A stretch of 63,863 nt of DNA, filler included, from Octopus bimaculoides (taxonomy: Eukaryota), in NCBI RefSeq assembly GCF_001194135.2. It is 6 parts of 6 records of this genome, joined end to end, with 100 filler letters (N's around TTAATTAATTAA, not from the genome) between each part and the next. Parts side by side here need not be neighbours in the genome. Positions count along the whole stretch, not along the records: positions 14,334 to 42,477 come from NC_068999.1; 5 more parts are not named here. One strand, given 5' to 3'. This document shows positions 23,765-38,270 of the stretch, one piece after another. The notes under the pieces were generated by a model that was given only the letters and a program-made list of their open reading frames with translations, ran no database searches and was not told the DNA's origin. The translations under genes and the position numbers were made by a program. The first letter of the stretch is position 1. Each line of letters opens with the position of its first letter.

Positions 23765-24290
23765 AGATAGGTGAATAAGGAGGGTGGGTAAGCAGGGGGT
23801 TCATGTCATTTTTAGTCAAAAACTGTCTCACACTCAAAGTGGTGTGTGTAGGTGCATTATCATGATGAAACAACCACTCTCTACTTTGCCACAGGTGGTG
23901 GCATTTTCATCTCATTGCATTGCAAAAATGCTTCAGAACTGCCAAGTAAAATGTCTTGACCAGGAGGAATAAATTCTGTGTGGACAATTTCTTTCACATC
24001 GATGAAACAAACCAGTATTGTCTTGACATTGGACTTCACTTGATGTGCTTTTTTGAGGCATGGTGACATTGAATGCTTCCATTGACTTGATTGCTGCTTC
24101 GTTTCCCAATTGTAGCCATAGTAGCAGCTTTCATCACTAGCGGTAACCTTCAAAATAAGGTTGGGATCAACTTCCAACTGTTCTTTCAGTTCATGACATG
24201 CATTCAGTCATGACCGCTATTGATCTTTTGTGAGCGAGCAAGGCATAAATTTTGTTGCAATTCTTTTCATTCATAATTCCTTGCTCAAAA
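23765..24290 (-). mobile_element. mariner (DD34D-type) transposase fragment
   Basis: VTASDESCYYGYNWETKQQSSQWKHSMSPCLKKAHQVKSNVKTILVCFIDVKEIVHTEFIPPG. Confidence 0.85.
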
Positions 24291-24864
24291 TTCATTTTGG
24301 TTGGCCTGGGGCTGTAGTAGAAGACACTTGCTCAAACTGCCAGGGAGTAGGACTGAACCCAGAATCATGTGATCAGGAATCATCTTCATCCTCATTATTT
24401 TTTCATTCTTGCATGGGTCAGACAGAGTTTATTGAGGCAGATTTGTTTTTAAGGCTGGATGCTCTTCCTCTCACCATCTATCATCTGTTTCCAAGCAAGG
24501 CAATATTTCCCCTTGGCCAGACATATGTTTCACAGAAGAAAGATGAACAACATCGCTTCTATATCAGTTATACTTCTTTGAAGCCACCACATGATATAAA
24601 GACATGGATGCACACATACACAAACACAACCCCTCTCCTTGCCATTTATATATGAGAGGCTTCTTTCAGTGTTTGTCTATCAAATCCACTCTGGAGCTTT
24701 GGTTGGCCTGGGGCTATAAAGCTACCAGGGAGTAGGACTGAACCCGTCTACCAAATCCAACTGAAGCAAATTTCTTAACCAAACAGTCAACCTGTGGGAA
24801 CTAAAGTGTCTAATGTTTGCTCAGAGATTTGAAAACAATAGTCTTTAAGTCACTGGTTTGATTA

Positions 24865-26420
24865 CACTAGTCAACAAAAAAAATTTTTGAAATGGTGTTG
24901 AGACACCAAACATCATTTTTTTAGCTAATTTGAGGGCATTGAATCTGAGAATGACCTTACTTTTTCTTGGTTAGCTACCGTTTTTGCTGTACAGAAATGC
25001 CTCGTTTTTGGAAAAAAAAGCCTTTTTTTCATTTGTTTTCTGTATATTTGGTATTAATCGATGGCAATATTTCTCAAAGTAAAATCATAGAAACCTCTCA
25101 ATTCGTATTTAAACCAACAAATATTGGTTTGCTTATTGAGAAATACTATTTTTGCAGTAACAATCAGACCCTAAGTCTTTAAAAATAACACGATTGAATA
25201 TACCAAAGTATTTTCATCAAATCATTAAATAAACTAACAGCAGAAATAAAACCTTCATGAACATAAGAACTATGGTAAAAATTTTCTCTTTCTTGATTGT
25301 TTGTCATGTTCAATGTTATTTCAGTCCCTTTTGATACTCCAGCAGTAGTCAGCCATCATTCGTTTGTCCCACTGTCTCTGGTAGCGCTCTTCCATTGATT
25401 TGATATCCTGATGGAATCATTCTCCTTGCTCATCACTCACATCACTGCAATTATCCAGAAATTTATCTTGATGGCTATGTAAAAAATGAACCTTAATACT
25501 CATATTAGTGTCTATGTCTTGTAGACTTTTCAACAGCTTTTCCACTAACTCCTTGTAGTTTTCAACCTGGCAATTGCCTAAGAAGTTTTTCACCACGTCA
25601 ACAAATGATGTCCAAGCACGTAATTCCAAGTCATTCATTGAATTAACAAGTTCATCATCCTTAATGAGTTTCCTGATATCAGGACGATCAAACACTCCTG
25701 TTTTGAGTTTTTCAGTGCTAAGTCCTGGAAACGATTTACATATATACTCAAAACATTTACTTTTTTTGTCGAGTGATTTTACATACTGTTTCCTTTATTC
25801 CAATTTCATAGGGAGGGAAGATGATTTTTTTCATTCAGAACTAGTGTTGCACTAATAACGTTCTTTTCACTGACCTTCAACTCTTGAGGTGGCCAATCTT
25901 TCCTTTTCCAGTTCTCCTCTTTTGCTCTACTGTCCCACATACACAAAAACATGGAAATTTTGTGTAGCCACTTTGTTGACCAAGCAGGAAATTTACCATT
26001 TTCAAATCTACACATAACACCCATTTATGTTTGGTGTAGTCAATTTGTTCCATAACCTGTTTGATGGCATCATGTTTTACTTTCAGTGTTGTTGAATGAC
26101 CTGTAGGTATTGGTGCATACATGCTGGTATTATGGAGCAAAACACATTTCAAACTACATTTTAAACTATCAATGAACAATCTCCATTCATCAGGATCGTA
26201 TTTGCAGATGCCTAGTCGAAGAAGAATGTTCTCAACGTCATTGCAATGAACAAGATCCGTGTTCTCGTTAAAGAATGGTACAAATTTGGCATCCCTATTT
26301 CGATAGAACGTTACCTTTGTGCCTTTTGGTAACAGGTGCTTTCAGTTGAGTCTAGAGGCCCAAAGTTCTGCTGATTCTTTGCTTAGATTTAAGTCTCAAA
26401 CCAAATCATTCAGCTCATTT
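24865..26420 (-). mobile_element. Chapaev3-like (CMC) DNA transposon, truncated
   Basis: LFIDSLKCSLKCVLLHN, CVDLKMVNFLLGQQSGYTKFPCF and MSIKVHFLHSHQDKF..VSDEQGE motifs. Terminus TTA|CACTAGTCAACAAAA. Confidence 0.72.
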
Positions 26421-26424
26421 TTGG

Positions 26425-26730
26425 TTAAACAGACTTGAAATGTTCTTTCCATTGAGAGAGGATATTAGTTTTATCAGTGAACAGAGTCTGGCTATCAGAT
26501 GACAGAACCAGTGAGGACCCATATTCCACAGGACCGAAACCTTGTTTCAAACCTTCATAGAATGTTTTGGAATCCTTCCGATCTGCTGCACTTTGTAACT
26601 CTGCTGCTTTTTTTGACCACCATGCATCTTCCATCTCTCTGAGACTCCTTTGCACTTCCCTTTTGCATTTCTTATTGGCACACAATTTTGTGGATGAATT
26701 TTTGTCATCTAGCTATAATTTATGGCATTT
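26425..26730 (-). mobile_element. RTE/BovB-like LINE fragment (endonuclease-RT linker)
   Basis: WWSKKAAELQSAADRKDSKTFYEGLKQGFGP..TLFTDKTNILSQWKEHF. Confidence 0.78.
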
Positions 26731-26796
26731 GTGGATTTTAATTATAAGGAACAGTTTGATTATTTTTTTTTCATCAAACCAGTGTTGGTGTATCTA

Positions 26797-26828
<32 letters not shown>

Positions 26829-26890
26829 CATACATTGTTGGCAATGGTCTTCCTCGGTCACAAGTGGACGGCCATTATCATCATCATCAC

Positions 26891-26933
<43 letters not shown>

Positions 26934-27876
26934 TGTAAGTCATCTAAGAGTCCATAAGTTAAGAAAAAAATGCACTTGTATATCTGCCAATAGAGTGGGT
27001 ATATTATCTGAAATGTACAGTATTATATATCCATTATGGCTGATCTTATCAATTGGTTTCCCACTAGGGATTCAACGGAGTGTTAGGTAACAATCCAATT
27101 ATGTAACTCTATGCTCATCAGAGGTAGCTGATATGAAATGAAATATGGTGAAATATGTTGTTGGAGGTGAATAAACACATCTGGCTTGCAGTTGCTGCAA
27201 AAAATTATGGTGAAACAAAACAAGTACGAGATTAAGTTAAAAATTATGTCCCTTGGTACCAAACATCACCACTGAGGTGGTTATGTTGCAAGTTGGTAAG
27301 AGTTATCTTGAAGTGTTTGTGGGAAATGTATGCGTCCTTAAAGCTGATGTTCTTGTGGAAATAGAATATGTGTAATTGTACTATATGTATAACCTTTGCA
27401 AGGGGTGTGGGCATACACATCTGTGTTCATTAGTGTGTTTTCTTTCTTTTATGTATTGGATTATGGTCATCTTGTTTAGACCCTCCATCTTACTACAACA
27501 AATTATACTAAGCTATTAAACATACAAAACAGGACTCATTATCTTGTACACGGATGGCACTTCTTGACTAGATAAACATTGCAACAAAAGGCCACCTGAA
27601 CACTGTCTCTCTCTCTCTTTTTGTTTTTTCCTTTTATCTTTTACTCGTTTCACTTATTGGATTGAGGCCATACTGGGGTACTGCTTTGAAAAGTTGATTC
27701 AAATAAATTGGCCCCAGTAGTTACTTTTTTTATGCCTGATACTTATTCTATCATCTCTTTTGCTGAAATAGTATTAAGTTACAAAAATAACTAGTTGTCA
27801 AACAGTGGTGGGGAACAGATATAACACAAACACAAAGACACATGCACACACACATGCATGCACGCATGTATGTACG

Positions 27877-27983
<107 letters not shown>

Positions 27984-28604
27984 CAGGTTTCTTTCAGTTT
28001 CTGTCTACCAAATCTGTCAAAGCTTTGTAGATTTGGTTGTCTGAGGGCTGAAGCAGAAGAATGTTCCCCAAGGTGTCACAAAGTGGGACTGAATCTATAA
28101 CGACATGGTTGAGAAGCAAACTTTTTAACCACACAACCATACAAGTGCCTAACTCATCATATAGAACAGCAATATTATTTAATATTCTTTAGTATTAATT
28201 AATATGAATATTAACTTTAATATTCTCAGTCCCTACCACAACATGTGCACTCACCTTCAAACTCCCAGATGCATCTACAACACTCCAGAATTCTTTGGTA
28301 CCATTGTTTATGAGTGAAAACCAATCTATAACCGCAAAAAGTATCAGTTCAGGTTCTTAGACTTGAACAGCTAATTTTGCCAACAATGTCACTTGGAAAT
28401 GAATATTACTTTTTTCTGAAAATTGATGTTTGATCTCTTCAACCGTTTTTGTATAACAGTATTCTACTCCCTCTATCCTTTAATAGTAACTGTTCTTAAT
28501 GGTGGATAGGAAATGGTGTGGATACTTCATAAATTAGATACTGATCTGAATTTTAATTAAGCTATGTGAAGACACTTTCAAATTGGTAGTACACATTAAT
28601 GTAA

Positions 28605-28649
<45 letters not shown>

Positions 28650-29266
28650 TAACAATTACATCATGGAAGAGTCATAGTAATTTAAGAAGACACAAAACCT
28701 GCTAAATCTACTTTATGTTATTTCTTAAGGTGTCAACATTTTCTTGGCACATCTGAGACCTGATCACTGACTCAATTCTGCTGCAACTCTATTGAGTTGT
28801 CAGTGAATAGGTTGCAGATGTAGCAGAAAAATGTTGACACCTCTGGAAGTAGATAAAAAGTGAATTTGATGGATTTTGTTCATTAATGACTCCTCCATGG
28901 CGTAACTGCTTCAGTTTCAGTACATGATTTCTAGTCACTTGCCAGACAAGTACAATTCTTAAACATATTTTTATACAGAAACACATGCATGCACACACAC
29001 AAAAAAAAGATGCAGACATGGCTGAATGGTTCAGAAGTTCATTCCCCAACTGTGTGGTTTTAGGTTCAATCTCTGATTTTTAGGTTCATCACTTTGAGCA
29101 AGTGTCTTCTGCTATTAGCCAATGCTGCCCAAAATCTAGTGGGTGGAATTTGGGAAACAGAAACTGAAAGAAGTCTATTGTATGTGTGTGTATGGTGCAT
29201 ATCTATCTGTCTGCCTGTCTGTCTATGTATGTATGTATGTATCTCTCTCTCACTATCTATCAATAT

Positions 29267-29310
<44 letters not shown>

Positions 29311-30160
29311 TATATAAACATGTGTGTGTTTGTTTACATTTGCACTTCTCTAAAAATTGCTCTGCTAAGGGCAGGGACATTGTTACCATTATCCCTGTCA
29401 ACAAGTTAACTTTGAATGACGTTGAATAAAAAAAATTCTTACTTCAAAAGCAGGGAAGGTATGTTAATGACAGGAAGTGCATCTGGTTGTAAAACAATGC
29501 TTCAGTAATATATTTGTCTAACCGATGCTATCCACTTTCCCTACTGCCATGGGTTAAACTGGTGATCATGGCCTGAGTCAGTTCTTATTTAGGGTTACTG
29601 CTCCTCAAGACATCAAAGGATCACATCTTCGTATGCTATGTTTTTGAAATAGTTACTATGATGGATGATCTTACTAAGATCAACCTCTATGCACAGTGTA
29701 CTGGGAGCTTCTTATTGTCGGCCCACCACTAGTAATGTTGCCTTGTACCTTGCACAACTATGAGAGGATAAAAGAAGCAAGTGAAACAAAGTAATTGAGA
29801 TAAGAAAATAGTTGAGGAGAGGGTATTTGAAGAGAGACAGTAATAACAGATGTGTGTGTGTGTGCGTGTGTGTGTGTGCGTGTGTGTGTGTGCGTGTGTG
29901 TGTGTGNNNNNNNNNNNNNNNNNNNNNNNNNNNNNNNNNNNNNNNNNNNNNNNNNNNNNNNNNNNNNNNNNNNNNNNNNNNNNNNNNNNNNNNNNNNNNN
30001 NNNNNNNNNNNNNNNNNNNNNNNNNNNNNNNNNNNNNNNNNNNNNNNNNNNNNNNNNNNNNNNNNNNNNNNNNNNNNNNNNNNNNNNNNNNNNNNNNNNN
30101 NNNNNNNNNNNTGTGTGTGTGCGTGTGTGTGTGTGCGTGTGTGTGTGTGTGCGTGTGTGC

Positions 30161-30239
<79 letters not shown>

Positions 30240-30639
30240 ATAGTTATGGAATAAGTTAATGGTAAGTGAGAGTGATGGATGTCAAAATGTTGATAACTAA
30301 TGACCTGAAAGAGAGTGATAACTAGTAATACATTAGGCTGGTGGAAGGATGTGTTGGATATTGGATACCAACAGACCCAGAGATGGGAGAGAGAAAGCAA
30401 AAGTGAGAGGGACAGAGGTAGTTGGGACTGAAATGGACAGATCCAATGTTATTTTTCATTACATAGGCAGAATGACACAGTGAATAAGAGAGATAGTGAG
30501 TGATAGAGAGATGAGAGAGCATCAGTTGGTAGGGATGAGGCAGATAGAGACTTAACAGGTACTAAATGGATGAGAGACCTAGATATAGATATATATATAC
30601 CAATGTCACTATTACTGTTTTAATGTACATTTTGATGTA

Positions 30640-31100
30640 CTTGCATGGATGGTCAGATCTTTTTCTGCACATATTCTACTTATTAGCATAATCCGTCATC
30701 ATATACTTCATAAGGTGCAGTACTGAGATGAGTCTTTATCATTTTGTCCTATATCTTCCGGGGTCTCCCTCTTTCACTGGTTTTATCCACACACATCAAA
30801 TGCTTGTACTAGCACAGTCTTTTCTCTTGGATACTACATCTGATTCCTCTAGTGTCCAGTATTTGTTTTAGTCTATTTCTCTTTTGTCATTCCTGCACAC
30901 TTTTATTATACATCTAGTTGACCAAAATCACTTCATTACATTCTAGTCTTCATAAATTTCCTGCATGTCTTGCTATGAAACAACATTGCTTTGTGTACAT
31001 ACATCATACAATCTACCCTTCACTTCAAGGTAGAAGCCTTTGCTACTAATAGAGTTAATAGGTCTATGAACTTCTAAACCCATTCTTACCAATATGTCTC
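30640..31100 (-). mobile_element. Degraded RTE LINE ORF2 C-terminal fragment
   Basis: Minus-strand pieces read approximately LLVAKASTLxVKGRLYDVC and ERGRPRKI, with stops and frameshifts. Confidence 0.6.
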
Positions 31101-31128
31101 TATTTTCATAAGTTCAGAAATAAAATTT

Positions 31129-31186
<58 letters not shown>

Positions 31187-31665
31187 TGTGCGCGCGCGTG
31201 TGCCCATACCTATGTCCAACCCAGGATATTGAAAGCATTTGCATTGCATCCGCTTCAAAAGCTTAAGGGAGTGCACTTGCACCCCCTGCACCCCCTCTTC
31301 CTGAGCCTATGTCTACCGTACTGTATTGTAACAAGAGATATCAACTACTTCTGCACTTTTCAGATAGTTTATTTCACCTGTATTCCTACTACAAAATATG
31401 CTTACGCAACTGCCACATATGAAGTTTACCTTCACAGATCCCACACCCTTTGTGAACCCACAGCTAACACAAGGCACACTGGAATTTTTTTCTGAACATT
31501 GGGTCCTGTATTCACTTCTACTGACTAAAACTTTAGTGTTTGCTAGGTTTACTTTAAGGTTTTACAATTCTGAGTTCTGATCTGGATCTGAAATTTTTCC
31601 TAAATCTTCTGCATATTTTTTATCTATGTACATCTCTCTCTCTCTCTCTCTCTTACTCATTCACA

Positions 31666-31747
<82 letters not shown>

Positions 31748-31949
31748 TTATTTACATACAAATAAGTATAAAAATATAATAGTTTGGTCTGTGTTTGTAT
31801 ATAAAAATATTTATATACAAACACAGACCAAACAGACAAAAGGATTAATAAGCTTTGGTACTAAAAGACAGTCATATTTGACCCAATTTTACTTATCACT
31901 GCTCAGCGCTCTCCCTCTGTAATTATGTTGCTAATATTATCATGTATAT

Positions 31950-32165
31950 AAGGTGACAAGCTTGCAGAAACGTTAGCATGCCAGGCGAAATGGTATTTCG
32001 TTTGTCTTTATGTTCTGAGTTCAAATTCCACCGAGGTCGACTTTACCTTTCATCCTTTTGGAGTTGATAAATTAAGTACCAGTTGCGTACTGGGGTCGAT
32101 CTAATCGACTGGCCCCCTCTCCCAAAATTTCAAGCCTTGTGTCTAAAGCAGAAAAGAATATTATC
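31950..32165 (+). mobile_element. SINE family B monomer (~215 bp, tRNA-like head)
   Basis: aaggtgacaagcttgcagaaacgttagc..ttctgagttcaaattcc..gaggtcgacttt..aagtaccagttgcgtactggggtcgat; same family as the arrays at 45955 and 50515. Confidence 0.8.
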
Positions 32166-32606
32166 ATGTATATGAGGACATGCCTACACATCCCATTACA
32201 AATGTGTCTTTATAAACACATTTTAGTTCAACCTGTTACTGAGATTTGCAATTAAATGAACATTTTATTTTAATTACTAACACTAAACATTTTTGATTCC
32301 CTCAATCAAGGAATCTATTCATAGAAAGATATTTATACAGTACAAACAAGTTATTTCGTTGATATGGAACATATATTTATCTTGTTGCCTGGTTTCTCTG
32401 ATAATTCTCATTAGTAATTTTCATCAATGTTAACATACAAACTATTCAGCTAATGGTAAGTCATACGAGGACAATTTGCTAAATTGAATTGTCTCCGACT
32501 TGGTTTTTTCCAATCAGTTTCTAATTACTATGGCTGTATGTGTGTATGAATCCATGTAAAGTATAGAGAGATGGCATGTTATTATTCTATATATATATAT
32601 ATATAC

Positions 32607-32691
<85 letters not shown>

Positions 32692-33010
32692 TGTGTGTTT
32701 GTGTGTGTATGTCTTAAATTAGCCTTAAATTCAGAATCAGATTCCAGTATTTTTATATCATGTGCTAATTTGTATCGGCCATGCCTTACAGCAAGTTGAA
32801 GAGTGGTTTGTATATAAACAAGATTGTTTCTCATTGTGTATTTTTAATGACTAATATACATGTATACATTTCAACAATCTCGAGTTTTCTTCTGTAGAGA
32901 ACAAGGGATTTCCTTTAATATACAGGATTTGCTGTTTTTCAGAAAAACAAGAAAATAATAAGTAGGACAAGACTAACAGCTGCCACTAAAGTACAAGTTT
33001 TTCAAGGTCT

Positions 33011-33072
<62 letters not shown>

Positions 33073-33260
33073 NNNNNNNNNNNNNNNNNNNNNNNNNNNN
33101 NNNNNNNNNNNNNNNNNNNNNNNNNNNNNNNNNNNNNNNNNNNNNNNNNNNNNNNNNNNNNNNNNNNNNNNNNNNNNNNNNNNNNNNNNNNNNNNNNNNN
33201 NNNNNNNNNNNNNNNNNNNNNNNNNNNNNNNNNNNNNNNNNNNNNNNNNNNNNNNNNNNN

Positions 33261-33319
<59 letters not shown>

Positions 33320-34041
33320 CTCCCAGCTTTAGTGAAACACCATAAAAATTACATTGAAAATCAATTTGATGTTAGATAGCAGAAAGTTGCAATATAAGAT
33401 GCTGGTGTTGAATTTAATGGGAGGAATTTCAGGTGAGAAACAACAGAGACAGGAAGTGTTCATCTTTGAACAAATAAAATCATTTCTAGCTTGGAGAAAT
33501 ATTAAGTTAAGTCCTTCATATTTTCCATTTGGTTTTGATAGAAAAACCAAAATATTTAAATATTACTAAGTGCTCAAATAACTAACTATTGAGATCGTAT
33601 TATTACATAGAGGTGTCATTACTAATTGGTTAATTTTAGTAGAGAGATGAGTCATATGCTTCTACATCAATGGCTTCAACATCGTTTACTACAAACTTTA
33701 TATTAAGAAATAGAGATAAGGCATAAAGATTGCTTTCATATATTGTTAGTTCATTAAATTATCAGGTATGTACAGAAGAGGCAGCAACAAGAGAATGTAG
33801 GATACTAGTTATTGTTAGTTGAATACTATACTATTTTGGGTGGTGGTGGTGATGGGCAATAACTTAATATTTCAGAATGCTAACTAATTATTGTTAGTTA
33901 ATCAATGTACTATCTCAGTTGGCAGCAGTATAGAGGGATGTGGAAACAGAGGTAAATCAATAGACAGATAGACAGGAAGTTAGTTAGATATAAAGGCAGA
34001 TAGATAAATTGAAAGATTAAAAGATATTTAGAAAGATGAAG

Positions 34042-34119
<78 letters not shown>

Positions 34120-34823
34120 CATGACCATAGAATAGTAAAGTGACAGATGTAGAGATGTAGAGACAGAATTACTTAAATTGTACTTAAAAGTAAACAGGTG
34201 AAATGAACTAACAAATAACTGAAGACTGAGCTTTGTGGCTGGATAAATTACTAATGATTAATCTTAAGGGTTTTCAGATTTAAAAATCCATCATTAGACA
34301 CATTGTTTGTATGTTTTTTTTTCCATGAATAATCTGGCAAATCATGAAGTTAGGAGTTTGGACACTGCAACTGTTCAGGGATACAATATATACAGGGATA
34401 CTCACTCCACTAGTTACTATCACTCTATCCTGCATTTTATTATTACTATTTCTCTTCTTCTCCCCATCCCTCATCTTCTCTGTCATCTTCTTCTTCCTTT
34501 CCACCACCTCCTCCCTTACTTTAGTACTACTACTGCTGTCTAGAACAACAGATATGCAAACATTATAGACAATACAGATCACTACGACCATCAACAGGTC
34601 AATGTTAGGACACCCAACCAATTAACACTGCTACTATCATAGCACTCCTTCTTTGAACCCACAAGAGTTAACAGGTGAAACAGAGACAGGCAGAAACAAG
34701 AAAAATACCCCTGTTATTTGAATACTATACAAATATGTCTTTAAAAAGACTTTTNNNNNNNNNNNNNNNNNNNNNNNNNNNNNNNNNNNNNNNNNNNNNN
34801 NNNNNNNNNNNNNNNNNNNNNNN

Positions 34824-34869
<46 letters not shown>

Positions 34870-34879
34870 TATATACATA

Positions 34880-36128
34880 CAGGGACTGGAAACACCTTAA
34901 AATTTCAAACAAGTTTATTTTAATATGGGGTTGGACTGCCTTTGGCAGTAATTACATCTTGTATTCTATGAGGTATGGACTTATTGTTTCCAAAGGAATT
35001 TTTGTCCATTCTTCAGCTAAAACAGTCTCCAGTTCTTGTAGTGATGATGGTGGAGAATATTAACTCCTTACTTGTTTTTCTAAAATGCACCATAAAATGT
35101 TCAATAATATTGAGATCTGGGGTCTGTGGTGGCCAGATAAGATGTTCAACTTCACTAGAATGTTCCTCGTGCCATTCAGTAACAACTTTAGCCGTGTGAA
35201 TTGGTGCATTATCATCCTGAAAGATTGCGTTTCCCTCCAGAAACAGTTCTGCAACCGTAGGATGAATCTGATTAGATAAAATGCTTAAATAGTCTTGACT
35301 ATTAATTCTGCCATGAAGGAAAACTATTGGGTCAGCAGATTTCCAAGATAGAGCCCCCCAGATCATCACAAATCCTCCTCCATGTTTAACAGTTGGAAGA
35401 AGGCAGCCTGGGTCAAATGCTTCTTTTGGCTGTCTCCATATGTATACTCGGCTGGTGGTCGGAAATAGGGTAAAGGATGACTCGTCTGAGAAAATAACAT
35501 TCTTCCACTACTCCAGGGACCAATTCTGAAGGTTTTTACTCCACTCTAAATGCTCTGCAACACTTGTTTTTGAAAGCAGTAGTTTTCTGATTGCAACCCT
35601 CCTATGAAATCCAGCTTTGTGCAGCTCCTGGTGAACAGTTTTTGCAGAAACTTGGTTCTCGAGGTGGTCATTAAGCTTTGCAGTAATTTTGGGAGCTGTA
35701 CTTCTGTGATCATTTCTAACAATTCATGTAAGAGTCCAATGGTCCCTATTCGAAAGTTTTGGTTTTCTTCCGGAGTTTTGTTTTGATGAGGAGGTTTTTC
35801 CCTATTTCTCAAAGGCTGTCATTACTTTTGAGACAGTACTTCTTGATAAACCAAACATTTTGGCTGTTTTCATTATGCTAGTGCCTGCCATATGAGCACC
35901 AACAATTTGACCTCTTTGAAAGTCTGATAGATTTGTCATTTTAATGAATTTTAATTACCTTTTTCTGATGATATCTGAAAAGAAACATCAATTTTAGCAA
36001 AACATATCAAGCAACACTAATAATAAATAAAAAAACATAAAAATAAACAAGCTTTTGACAGTTTTATAGATATTTCAAAATTATGATGCTATGATGCTAG
36101 TTGTTTCCATTATTTTGTCCAATGCTTG
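34880..36128 (-). mobile_element. Tc1-family transposon, degraded
   Basis: TA-flanked. Transposase pieces MIWGALSW, FQDDNAPIHTAKVV and WPPQTPDLNIIEH. Right TIR gtttccattattttgtccaatgcttg; left TIR partly deleted. Confidence 0.88.
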
Positions 36129-36211
36129 TATATATATATATATATATATATACACAGGGGTTGAACAAAATAATGGAAACACCTAGCATCATAGCATCAT
36201 AATTTTTAAAT

Positions 36212-36245
<34 letters not shown>

Positions 36246-36470
36246 CTGGAGTAAGCACATAAATGTGAAACAAGGTGAAAAAAAAGAGTACTCAGATACC
36301 AGAGGTAGAGTAATATGCTCTATTCTAAAGCAGCAGAAATATAACAAAAGCTGTTACTCAGAATTTCACGTTCCCGTTTGCTGGACAGTTTTGTTAAAAC
36401 TCTCCGATGAACAGGTATGTGAAACTCTGAGTAACAGGTCTTGTCATATTTCTGCTGCTTTTAAATAAAG
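36246..36470 (-). mobile_element. Second Penelope-like pLTR/inverted-pLTR remnant in (TA)n
   Basis: Homologous to 22754-23030 in the opposite orientation, with two hammerhead-like arms. Confidence 0.7.
36399..36438 (+). ncRNA. Minimal hammerhead motif (stem I partly disrupted)
   Basis: ACTCT-CCGATGA-ACA GGTA TGT-GAAA-CTC T GAG-TA-ACAGG. Confidence 0.6.
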
Positions 36471-36503
<33 letters not shown>

Positions 36504-36569
36504 TTCCATTTCATTCTGGGTGCGTTGGTTTAGAATAGAATTTAAGTTTTTTAATAACAAATACTCGAG

Positions 36570-36855
36570 CGAGGTCGTTGCCAGTGCCGCTGGACTGGCT
36601 CCTGTGCAGGTGGCACATAAAAACACCATTTGAGTGTGGCCGTTGCCAGTACTGCCTGATTGGCCCTCGTGCCGGTGGCACGTAAAAGCACCCACTACAC
36701 TCTTGGACTGGTTGGCATTAAGAAGGGCATCCAGCTGTAAAAACTCAGATCAGATTGGAGCCTGGTGCAGCTATCTGGTTTGCCAGTCCTCAGTCAAATC
36801 GTCCAACCCATGCCAGCATGGAGAGCGGACATTAAACGATGATGATGATGATGAA
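36570..36855 (+). mobile_element. RTE LINE 3' UTR fragment with (GAT)n tail
   Basis: Two GCCAGT..ACTGGC / GGTGGCACRTAAAA.CACC modules, then ggcattaagaagggcatccagctgta..ttaaacgatgatgatg. Confidence 0.8.
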
Positions 36856-36913
36856 TAAAGTGTGGTTCTGCAATCTAGAGGTTTAAGGGCATCTGTACTT
36901 TCTGCTGTGCATG

Positions 36914-37034
<121 letters not shown>

Positions 37035-37739
37035 GAGAATTCTTTATCATTGACAGTGATGCACATGATGAGACAGTTCTAGTTCATCTTTCACAAAGCA
37101 AAGCAATACCAATATCACAATACCATTGTGAACAATAAAGAATACCAGTGCAATAATCAGTGGAACAATATTTTCAGAAAGTCACCTAAATTCCACATGC
37201 CTGCATAGCCTGAGATATTATGAAGCCAAGAAAGAACTTGCTAGCTACATGGATAGATGTAACAAGGCCATACTTGTGAGCTCCATATGGATAAAATTCA
37301 GAGATATGCTATCATATGCAAGCAAAAAACAAAAACTTAGACCTCAACCTCAGGTCACTCATTGTTGACACCCATCTCACTTCCTACCACCAACCATTTC
37401 TGCAACTAATCACCACTTACTCTCTTTCTTTCTCTCTCCCCCACTCTTCTTTCACCACTTTTTGCAATTGTTCATTTTATGTTTATCTTTCTATGCTTGC
37501 AGCATGAGCTGGATGCCCTTCTGGTAGCTAATTCTTGTTTATTTTTAAGTCAGGGACCTTTTATTCCATACAGCCTCAAAGGTTGGATGATTTATTGACA
37601 GGAGAAACTGACAACATGGCCTGCCACACTGTACAGATGTAAACAAGCACATGGACACATATGCACATGCACACACATACACACGGAGAGAACTTGTGGA
37701 AGAGGTAGACACAGGAAGAATTGTGGGTCTCATGGAGAC

Positions 37740-38270
37740 ATTGACTACTGATTGAGACTTTTGGTAATACACCATGCATGAGAAGGCATGTTGGGCCAAA
37801 TGGAAACATAGTCATGGCTGATTCTGGCGTCATATAACTGCTACCTATGCTGGTGGCACGTAAAAAGCACCTTTTGAGACAATATGGCCGATGCTGGCGC
37901 TGCGTATCTAGCACCCTTGCTGGTGACGTGTGAAAAGCACCTTTTGAGCATTGGCCCTCACAGAGGCAATGACAAATGACTGAGACCTTTGGCAATATAC
38001 TGTGCTTGAGCAGAAGACCCATTAAGCCAAGTGAAATCGTAGTTGAGGCAGGTATGAGTGTTATGCAACTGACACCTATGCCAGTGGCATTTAAAAGCAC
38101 TCGTTACACTCTTAGAGTGATTGGTGTTAGGAAGGGTATCCAGCCGTAGAGACCATGCCAAATCAGACTGGAGTCTGGTGCAGCCTTTCAGCTTACCAGC
38201 CCTGGTCAAGCTGTCTAACCCATGCCAGCATGGACAATGGACATCAAATGATGATGGTGATGATGATGAT
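37740..38270 (+). mobile_element. RTE 3' end with a duplicated ORF terminus and UTR modules
   Basis: Two decayed copies of the DLWQY.VLE.KT..AK* coding end (~37755, ~37983), then a standard tail ending in (GAT)n. Confidence 0.6.

Noticed and set aside
27050-27125. Minus-strand CTGATGA...GAAAC
   Set aside because: The 55-nt insert does not close stem II, and stems I and III have mismatches.
28255-28415. Strong AAG|gtgagt donor with upstream acceptors
   Set aside because: The long version has stops in all frames; the 71-nt version has no phase fitting the gene.
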